Shown here piece after piece: positions 22,838 through 33,130 of a stretch of DNA of 35,970 nucleotides. The stretch is from Octopus sinensis. Lineage: Eukaryota. How positions within the stretch are numbered: position 1 is the first letter of the stretch; each line of letters begins with the position of its first letter. Below the pieces are notes generated by a model. It worked only from the letters and a program-made list of their open reading frames with translations, made no database searches and had not been told where the DNA came from. The DNA is taken from positions 1 through 35,970 of the forward strand of contig NW_021836861.1 of NCBI RefSeq assembly GCF_006345805.1. Reading direction: 5' to 3'. The position numbers and the translations under genes were made by a program.

Positions 22838-23119
22838 ATTATTTAAGAAAGAAAACATTTTGAGGCGGCGAAGGTTCTGAACCTGTGTGGATTAAAATGG
22901 GATTTAAAAACCGTTTTTTTTTAAGGTTTAATAATAAAAATAAATAAAAAAGAAAATACTAGAAAAATAATGGATTGAGAGGTGAAATGCACGTTTAAAG
23001 AAATGTGCTCTTTATTGGTTGCTCCACCGATTCTACAGAACTACAGATAGTGAAGAATAGCTCATAGAACACAGACAACAACACAAGACAAACGATTTTA
23101 GATTTATAGAAATATCGTT

Positions 23120-23225
23120 GTTATTGTTGTTGTTGTTGTTGTTGTTGTTGCTGCTGCTGCTGCTGCTGCATCTGTTGTTGTTGCTGTTGTTGTTGTTGTT
23201 CTTGCTATTGTTGTTGTTGTTGTTT
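23120..23225. repeat. (TTG)n/(CTG)n microsatellite
   Basis: Direct reading. Confidence 0.9.
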
Positions 23226-23520
23226 AATGTTGATTGACAAGACATTCAGCCTTTCAGACTAGCAACGCGTTTCCTCGTCTCCCCAATTAAAAGATTCACC
23301 AATTCCTTGCGGAATGCGAAGAGTTTGCTCGCCAAAAGTCTGACCGTTGACAGAACCGTCAGCCAAACATTCTTCCTCATCCAGGACAGCTCCACCAATT
23401 AACAGTCTCACAGAAATTCTTTGGACATCACATGATTCCTCCACTCTTCGACATTATTCCAGTATTTCCTGGTTCCTACGAAACCAAATAATTTGTGAAA
23501 ATCGTAGAATTTTCCGAATG

Positions 23521-24756
<1,236 letters not shown>

Positions 24757-24837
24757 GTTCTGTTTTGTTTATTCATTTGTAACAAACATAGTTTCTCCGG
24801 ATAGGTTACTGGTGCCGTGTGTGTACGTGTACGTGTA

Positions 24838-24878
<41 letters not shown>

Positions 24879-24996
24879 TGTAGTATGTGTGTGTGTGTGC
24901 GTGCGTATAAGTGCGCGCGCGTGTGTATACATACGTACACGCACACACACACGTGTGTATGTATGTATGTATGTATATATATATATAGATGTGACG

Positions 24997-25209
24997 TTGT
25001 GTCTGTGTTTGTCCCCCACCACCGCTTGACAACCGGTGCTGGTCTGTTTACGTCCCCGTAACTTAGCAGTTCGGCAAATGAAACAGAATAAATACCAGGC
25101 TTACAAAAAATATAAAAGTCCTGGAGTCGATTCATTCGAGTAGAAATTCCTCAAGGCGGTGCCCCAGCTTGGCCGCAGTCTAATGAGTGAAACAAGTGAA
25201 AATAAAGAA
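24997..25209 (+). mobile_element. SINE family B 3' half
   Basis: tgtgtctgtgtttgtcccccaccaccgcttgacaaccgg...ggccgcagtctaatgagtgaaacaagtg parallels 14330-14525. Confidence 0.8.
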
Positions 25210-25697
25210 CTAAGTTTGTCTAAAATTATTGTGTTTAATTGAATTAGGAGATGGAAATATTTTCGTTAAATAAAATCTATCATCACTGATTCGTTCATCG
25301 CGGATCCTGCATAACACGGTCGCTCAATTGTGAATCATGCTTATCACGGATTGATGTGTAATGACACGAGTCGGCTATCAGTGAAAGATGCTGCTCGGGT
25401 CACTAAAGCTCGCCCCAGAGACCACCCACAATGCTCAGGACAACATGAGGTCTCACAACAAAACCGATTTTTCTCAAATTCATTTATTTCGTTTCCTTTT
25501 TTAAAAACCAAACATCCGTGATAAACGAGGATAGATGTATCGGAGATTCAACTTTGAATTTGCCAGAACATATTAAGAATGAATGAGTTAATAATATTCT
25601 ACAGGAAATAAAAGAAGTCTCGAACGCAGAAAAAATGTGAAAATAGCTTATAAAATCAGGTAAGTATCTTTAGAAGACAGGAAAAAGTGGCCCGCAT

Positions 25698-25856
25698 GCC
25701 ACTACAGAGAAGCGAACCCTGTATCTCACAAATTTTGGCTGAGCGCTGTGTACCATTAAGTTACGCAACCTCTGGCTGGCCAGGAAGCTGGTACAAAGAA
25801 TCGAACCCTGTCCCTCTCAAATTTCGACAGAGTGCTCTGTACTATTAGGCTAAGAC
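25698..25856 (-). other. Tandem pair (89-bp period) of tRNA-like units
   Basis: Each unit on the minus strand has an A-box-like motif (TAACTTAATGG / TAGCCTAATAG) and a B-box-like motif (GGTTCGCTTC / GGTTCGATTC). GAACCCT anchors at 25714 and 25803. Cloverleafs are imperfect. Confidence 0.55.
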
Positions 25857-25999
25857 ATTGTTTGAATTTTCCCTGTTGTATGTGCACCTCACGAATCATT
25901 ATCCGTTTGGCAGACATCAGCTTGTATCAACAAGTAATTTGTTTGCTGATCCTTGTAGACAAGAGCAAATACTCATGTTAGATTCATCAACTTGATGGC

Positions 26000-26061
26000 G
26001 GGTAGCTACGACTGATGAGACACATAACAGGGTCGAAACACGGCCGTGTCTCAAAGTACCT
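26000..26061 (+). ncRNA. Type I hammerhead ribozyme motif, GUC cleavage triplet
   Basis: CTGATGA 26012-18; stem II GAC/GTC with a 10-nt loop; GAAA 26035-38; stem III ACAC/GTGT with GGCC loop; H17 = C26050; interrupted stem I (GA/TC, 2x2 loop, CT/AG, bulge, GGGTA/TACCT). Confidence 0.78.
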
Positions 26062-26210
26062 TATCCTGGTGAATCGCGCGTGTTATAAGGCACATCGTCT
26101 AAAAGGAGGTGGTGTTCTCTGATGACGAAAAACAACAGCAATCAAGATATATTCACTTTCGAATATGTCAGGTATTCTTGTACAATTCGACAAAGTATAT
26201 AAAAAAGAAA

Positions 26211-26526
26211 AGGTACTCCGTCAGCTACGACGATGAATGTTCCAGTTGATTTGGTCAACAGAATAGCCTGCTCGTGAAATTAACGTGCAAGTGGCTGAGT
26301 ACTCCACAGATATATGCTTAGCCTTAACGTGGATGTCAGTGAGATTCAGTATGACACAAAGTGTAAACAAGGCTGACCCTTTGAATTACTGGTACAATTC
26401 ATTTTTGCCAGCTGATTGGACTGGAGCAACATGATATAAAGTGTTTTGCTTGAGGATGCAACGCATCGGGTCTCGAACTTACAACCTTGCGATCGTAAGC
26501 CGAACAATCTAACCACTAAGCCACGC
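26211..26526 (-). mobile_element. tRNA-derived SINE family C
   Basis: Minus head gcgtggcttagtggttag...gtaagttcgagac, followed by cctcaagcaaaacacttt...gttgctccagtccaatcagctgg; homologous to 34961-35102. Confidence 0.78.
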
Positions 26527-26780
26527 AAAGATGTAATCTAAATATTCATTAATATCTTTCTAAATTTCACATAGAATTTTTGGCCAACCGAAGTCACCTT
26601 GGTCTATAAATCGACCTACTTATTTTTATCTGTAGATTTTGGTCTGAAAAATTCGACTCGTAAAGAGGAAAATATGTTAAGAACGAATCCGTTATTATTC
26701 GACTTTTCACTGTTTTGCATTCACCTCATGAAACTCTAATTGTTCTGAAAATGGGCGACAATGACACACATTGAAGGCAG

Positions 26781-27167
26781 CCAATGATAACACGTGACTA
26801 GGCCACGTGGGTCGGCCATGGTGTTCGGTTCTCGTCACATCTAAAACAGGCTTCATGCTGTGAGACGTCATTTAATTATAAAAATTAACAAATATCAGGA
26901 ATTAATTTATTAAACCCGATATAAAATGCACACGTGACATCTGAGACGAAATTTAATTAGAAATTATTAATTACATCAACTGCAATTAAAAAATAATTGG
27001 GTTGATTTGCTTTTTGTGTCTTTTATTTTAGTATTTATAACGGCTTTGCGGGCGACTGATAGACACATTATTCGAAATATAATAGATTTATTAGATTTCG
27101 TTTGTTGCACATTTATTATAGGTGGCCGAGTACACTTATGGTCGTTAACGGGTAGACATCACGTGAC
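26781..27167. promoter_or_regulatory. Putative cis-regulatory cluster: CCAAT box, four CACGTG E-boxes, two TATAAAA
   Basis: CCAAT 26781-85; CACGTG at 26791, 26804, 26931 and 27160 (three read CACGTGAC); TATAAAA at 26877 and 26920. Motif clustering only. Confidence 0.35.
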
Positions 27168-27214
27168 TTTTGTTTATTTCGTGTTTATTTTGTTTGTTTT
27201 CTCTGTCTCTCTCT

Positions 27215-27225
27215 CCCTCCCTCTT

Positions 27226-27308
<83 letters not shown>

Positions 27309-27616
27309 GTTTATCGCCTTCTCTCTCTCACTCTCTCTCGCTTTCTTTCTTTCCCTCTTTTTTCTCGCTGTAAAATTTAAAAAATGCCACCCGATCTGGT
27401 CACTGGACCTTCGGCCCCTGATAACTACACACGCATACACATGCATACGCAGATATTTAGGTTTACATACATGCATATATGTATACATACATACATGCAT
27501 ACATACATACATGCAAACAAAAATACATACATATACACAGACACACACCTTAATGTATCTGTATATATCATGTTTGTACATGTATATATGTGTATGTATG
27601 TATCTCTCTCTCACTC

Positions 27617-27692
<76 letters not shown>

Positions 27693-27991
27693 CATACATA
27701 TGCATATATAAAGTCGTATTATCACCGTTATTTACAGTAATAACAAGGTGGCTACCAAATTCAGTCTTTTACAAACACAATACAAAGTAATTGAAGAGAA
27801 GGTAGGGTATATAATACCACTTGCTATATGCTGAATGTGGGTGTATATGTATATGTGTGTATATATATATATATATGCATGTATATATGTATATATGTAT
27901 ATGTATATATGCATGTATATATATGTACATGTATGTATATATATATATATATATATCATATATATATATATGTGTGTGTATGTAAATATTG

Positions 27992-28025
<34 letters not shown>

Positions 28026-28058
28026 CACCATATATATGTATATATGCTATATAGTATG

Positions 28059-28109
<51 letters not shown>

Positions 28110-28112
28110 CAC

Positions 28113-28178
<66 letters not shown>

Positions 28179-28185
28179 ATATATG

Positions 28186-28235
<50 letters not shown>

Positions 28236-28240
28236 GTGTG
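27215..28240. repeat. (TATC)n, (TC)n and long (TA)n microsatellite field
   Basis: Direct reading. Confidence 0.88.
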
Positions 28241-28717
28241 TGTGTATCCTGTGGTGTGTTTGCGCATTTGCGTGTTGTGATACTAGTTTAAAGTCTGAGC
28301 GAAACGACCCGGAGCCAAAGACAGAGAATAAGACAGTAACGGAGATGTGTGTGTGCATGTATGCGTTTGAATGTGTGCATCTATGTATGGGCAAATGTGT
28401 GAGTGTACATGCATGATTCTATGTGTGGTGTGTGTGTGTGTACGTGTGTACGCGTGTATATGTTAGTAACTGTGCGTGTGTTATTTAGCTTATCTGTGCA
28501 AGACATGACAATAAGACCCAGTTTCGTGAGTTCAAGTTTATTAAGGGAAATTGAGACAAGGAGAGAAAGAGAGAGAGAGAGAGAGAGGGAGAGAGTCAGA
28601 GGGAAAGAGAAAGGGAGAGAGGAGAGGGATAGGTGCGGGAGACGGGGGAAACGAAGGTGGAGGAGAAAGGGGACAGGGGTGACGGAGCCTGCCCAGCAAT
28701 GGCCGACGGCGAGTGAA

Positions 28718-28748
28718 TAGCGGAAGTAAATGATGTCTAGCGGAAGTG
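28718..28748 (+). promoter_or_regulatory. Tandem ETS-like sites 20 bp apart in a GC-richer island
   Basis: TAGCGGAAGT at 28718-27 and 28738-47. Confidence 0.3.
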
Positions 28749-28932
28749 ATTTCGTCACATTTGAGCTTTTGTCCAGGCATGAATTCCCTTACACCACTGT
28801 CAACACACACACAGAGTTTTACTGATACACAGCTATACAGATACACACAGACATATGCACGCACATACATAGACACATATACAGAAACACGCGCGTAGGC
28901 AGAAAACAGCCTACACAGTGATACACGTATAT

Positions 28933-28983
<51 letters not shown>

Positions 28984-29091
28984 ATATATATGCATGCATT
29001 TGTATACACGTAGAGAGACTATTGCGCAGCCACATATACACACACGCACGCACGCACACACACACACACCACACACACACTCAGCCACCCT

Positions 29092-29122
<31 letters not shown>

Positions 29123-29223
29123 TTCACACATACACACATATACACGCAGTGTAAGCATACGGTTAATTAGCTGACCGCACTGACACGGACAGCCGCACCT
29201 ACGAACACACACACACACACACA

Positions 29224-29275
<52 letters not shown>

Positions 29276-29700
29276 CACAGATACACACATATTCACACAT
29301 ACGCACCCACTCGAATACACTCGTTTACCCCCCTACATAGTTATCGCGTTCAACCTCATATACACCCGCATATACATACACCTCTTCTACACACAATAAA
29401 CAGCTTTATGCATATTCTTACAATATGGCCACAGTAGTTTCAGCCGAACCAATTCGCTAAGCGTCATCAATCGCTCTGCCGTGGCTTAGAGATTATCCTC
29501 TTTGTTGATACGTCGATGGCCGCGTTGTAATAATCCTGGTACATTTTGGTTATCTTACCCCATTAAAATATTGGGTTATCTCCCCCAAATAAAAAAGATT
29601 GTTTAATCCTCAATAAAACAAAATAAATTAATAAACAGGGAAAGGGAAAAGATTAAACATCTTATTGTATCTAATAACATTTTTATAACAAATCATACCA

Positions 29701-29963
29701 TACATTATTTACATTATTTACATTTGACGAATATTTGTCCTCATCTTGTTATTATCACAACGTATTATCACAAGGTGTCTTGGGGAAATTTCGAAACTTG
29801 TTCTCATTCCTAAGGTTCGAAGTTTCCCCAAGACACCTGATGAAGGCTGGAGGGTATATCAGTCGAAACGTTGTGTTAACAACAAACAAGATGAGGACAA
29901 ATATTCGTCAAATGTAAATAATGTAAATAATGTACATAATTCCTCATCTCTTAAATATAGAAC
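29701..29963. mobile_element. Inverted (foldback) dimer of a hammerhead-containing Penelope-pLTR-like repeat
   Basis: 29701-50 is the exact reverse complement of 29885-29934; 29773-99 pairs with 29812-38 (25/27) around a 12-nt loop. Possible flanking direct repeat CATACCAT at 29694 and 29971. Confidence 0.85.
29832..29877 (+). ncRNA. Minimal type I hammerhead ribozyme (palindromic stem III, Penelope-type)
   Basis: Stem I GACAC/GTGTT; CTGATGA 29837-43 plus an extra A; stem II GGCTG/CAGTC; GAAA 29865-68; stem III reduced to the palindrome ACGT; H17 = T29872. Confidence 0.75.
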
Positions 29964-30159
29964 AGTAATACATACCATTCCTATTGAGGGGGCCAAACGT
30001 CACCAATGTGTCGAAAGGATTTATTGAATCAAAAGGATTTAACCCTTTTAATCCAATCTCTTGTCGCAACATATATTCAATATTTTAGTGGGGAGATGGA
30101 AAAAACACAAGCTTGTGCTTTTTTCCATGGGTGCGTATAAGTATTTCATTTATTTCTTA

Positions 30160-30230
30160 TCGTATTTTCTACTGAAGAGGGAAGAATCCATAGGATTAAT
30201 CCCGAAATTGATTCAATATAGAAATAACGA
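30160..30230 (+). ncRNA. Type I hammerhead ribozyme with intact core, AUA cleavage triplet
   Basis: Stem I TTTCTA/TAGAAA extended past bulges to ~11 bp; CTGAAGA 30172-78; stem II GGGA/TCCC, then AG/AA internal loop, then AATCC/GGATT; GAAA 30204-07; stem III ATTG/CAAT with ATT loop; H17 = A30218. Confidence 0.85.
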
Positions 30231-30375
30231 ACTTTTAAAAAACTTCTGTTGGCTAGTTTTCCTCGATTTCAGCACGACGTGTATTTATAGCGAATGTATA
30301 ATGAAATGTCGAAATTCACGATTTAAAGTCTGTTATCAACATATTGGCATAGAAATAATTTTTCTTTTGCTCTGT

Positions 30376-30443
30376 TTCGACTAAAGGCGGTGCTCCAGCA
30401 CGGCCGCCAGTCAAATGACTGAAACAAATAAAAGAATAAAATA
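30376..30443 (+). mobile_element. SINE family B 3' tail only
   Basis: ttcgactaaaggcggtgctccagcacggccgc...aaatgactgaaacaaataaaagaataaaa. Confidence 0.75.
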
Positions 30444-30789
30444 CTATAACTTCAGGAGTAAGCCTCATGAGTGATAATTAATGGACGGAAACTGGGTGGA
30501 AGCTGGTCGGGTGGAATGTACCCGTATTTAATGGTTTATGTCACGCTTGTTCAGACAGATAGTTACATTAAGAGTGTACGTGTCTGTGGGGTACTCAACC
30601 ACTTTCATGCTAGTTGTAGCCCGAACATAGAACACAACTCGAAAGCAATGATGCCGCCGTCGCCGCCACCACCAACACCACATTGGGTGATGTAGACCTG
30701 CATACTCTTAGAAAGAAGGGATGGCCATGGTCAGAGTAGCTTTGATTATGTGCCTGCTCAGTCAAAGCTGATCTGCGGTTAAATAACAA

Positions 30790-30837
30790 TGAACAACAAC
30801 AATAGCAGCAACAACAACAACAACAACAACAACAACA

Positions 30838-30914
<77 letters not shown>

Positions 30915-31200
30915 CAAAGTAAGGGTAACGACATCAACTAAAGCATCTAGAAGTACAGCAATTTGCAACAACAACAACAACAACAGCTAAAACGTCCTTT
31001 CAACAAGTCAAAGCGAACATAATGTTATTTAATTAAATATTAAAATAACATATGGGATTGTTAGGGTTTTATAGTCACCTCCACCACCACCTTCACCACC
31101 ACCACTACCACCACCACCACCTTCACCACCACCACTACCACCACCACCACCACCACCAACGTCACCACCACCACCACCAACAACAACAACCATACCGCAA
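30790..31200. repeat. (CAA)n/(CTA)n and (CAC)n trinucleotide tracts
   Basis: Direct reading (30790-30915, 31075-31200). Confidence 0.88.
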
Positions 31201-32524
31201 CCGTTATTACTGCTACCACCATCAGCATAATATCTCGGTTTGTTTTCTCCTTTATTTCTTTAATTTACCGAAAACATGGAGCAGAGATTAGTAAATTATT
31301 AATTTAATCAGCATCGGGAGTCGTCATAGCGTAGGAAAGCATGGATGTAATGGGTCGAAGAGACTTTGAGAAAGAAAAAAGGAGCAGAGAGGGTTCTGAG
31401 GGAGAGAGATAGACGTAGTTTAGATGAGGAGGTAGAGATGTAGAGAGGTTGAGAGAAGGGGAGGTAATTCTGCCTGCAGGGGATTATTCCATTTAAACAC
31501 TGCAGATTATGTAGACGACGAAATAGCCAACCGCTTTGATACATCACGTACAACATAGATCGCACGTGTGAAGAACATGCATTTTTGGTGTAGTTTTGCG
31601 GCTCCTGGTTCTTGCGACATAGCTTGCTGCTGTTTGTTAAATGCTGCTTCAACGACGAAAACTATTGCTGAGGAAGGCGGCGGCGGCGTCGGCAGCGTCA
31701 CCTATATGAAGCTGACAGAATTACACATGGTTGAATGGCTGGCATGGTGGCTGGCTGGCTGGCTGGCACGGTTGTCGACTGGTTGATTGGTGTGTGTGTG
31801 TGTGTGTGTGTTGCTGGCGTCTAATGGAATCTATTTCCAGGAATGTAAACAGTGGCGTTAGCGTTAATTATAACGTCTCGAACATTTATGAGCAGGGACG
31901 AAGCTACTCGTCTGCATAACCTCAGGGACTTCGGCTGACAGCTGTCATATGTAGAAGAAGGTGAATGGGTGACGAATGAGCAAAAGATAAACAAATAAAC
32001 AAATAAGTACTCAAAATAGATAAATAAATATACAAATAAATAAATAAAACGGGTTACTTGGTGAGAGAAGAGGACAGATGCACAACAAACGTAGCTGTTG
32101 GGCAGCAGAGTTTGGCTGAAGCAGTCCGTACAACGGTTCTGGTGTGGAATCAGGCGCAATTCCACTTGTTAACTGACCAAATTAAAAGATAGCAGGACAT
32201 AAGAGTGCAAAGGTGGTGAAAAGGGGGAACTAGAGAAAGGAAATAGGTTTTAAAAGTTTAGTCACAAATCAGGGCTGACTCGAAGATAAGGGAATTAGTT
32301 ACAAGCGACAGACAACCGGAAGTCCACTCCATTTTCGACCGTCCATTTTTTTGTTCGCTTTATTCATTTATTTATTTATTTGTTTTACACTTCATTTCAT
32401 CTCGTGTTTATATATTAATTAACCTGCTTACCTATTTATTTTTATGTGTCACGCAAAAGCGTGCGTACGCGCACACACGCGCACGCGCGCACACACGCGC
32501 ACGCGCGCACACACATTTATGTAT

Positions 32525-32717
32525 GTTATCATTCCGGACAAAATACTTCGCGGCATTTTGTCCGTCTTTACGTTCTGACTTCAAACTCCACTGAGGTTGA
32601 CATTGCCTTTCACCCTTTCGTGGTCAATGAAATAAGTACTAAGTTGAGTGCTGGGGTCGATGAAATCAACTAGACCCCTCTCCCAAAATTGCAGGCATTG
32701 TGCCTTGAGTAGAAAGG

Positions 32718-32720
<3 letters not shown>
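32525..32720 (+). mobile_element. SINE family A, diverged, running into (ATT)n
   Basis: ccggacaaaatacttcgcggcattttgtccg head region; tail gtgccttgagtagaaaggattatt. Confidence 0.78.
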
Positions 32721-32775
<55 letters not shown>

Positions 32776-32805
32776 GTATTAGTAGTAGTAGTAGTAGTAG
32801 TAGTA

Positions 32806-33128
32806 TTGAGTGAGAGAGCAGTGCATGCCATCAAAGTGACATTGGGGTAGAATTAAAGCCCAGTATACCCATCCTGACTACCCATCTGATAAGGGTACAC
32901 CAGGCACATGCATCACAACCATATGTGCGCAACATGGTGATCTCATGTCAAGATAAACAGCGCATGGCCTTGTAGGTAGGGCTCAGTTAGAATTTTCTTC
33001 TGGTCGAGTAGCCTATCCCGCTCAAAAGGTCCCTGAATAAGGATTGTTCAAGGATGTTAAACGAACCGCCCATGTTTCCAAAGGTGAATAATCCAAACCT
33101 CTAAGAATTCCTTTCAACACACGGCTAT
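32806..33128 (-). mobile_element. Unclassified retroposon 3' end (repeat X), (AAT)n tail at 32719-32805
   Basis: Homologous over ~310 bp, in inverted orientation, to 34496-34809. Confidence 0.75.
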
Positions 33129-33130
33129 AA

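Noticed and set aside
23259-23520. Minus-strand ORF MEESCDVQ... and an alternative frame YWNNVEEWRNHV
   Set aside because: Short, interrupted by stops, no recognisable domain or clear splice pair.
25640-25665. Strong splice donor CAG|GTAAGT (and AAG|GTAAGC near 18004)
   Set aside because: No open upstream exon with a good acceptor; isolated donor-like hexamers are expected by chance.
26119-26135. CTGATGA-C-GAAA
   Set aside because: Both boxes are present but only 1 nt apart; no stem II, and no convincing stem I or III.
26600-26665. Tigger/pogo-like terminal motif (tataaatcgacc...aaattcgactc)
   Set aside because: Too degenerate; no matching TIR pair or TSD found.
29985-30025. Possible decayed HHR (ttgaggggg-cc-aaacgtc)
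   Set aside because: Both conserved boxes are broken; cannot be distinguished from chance.
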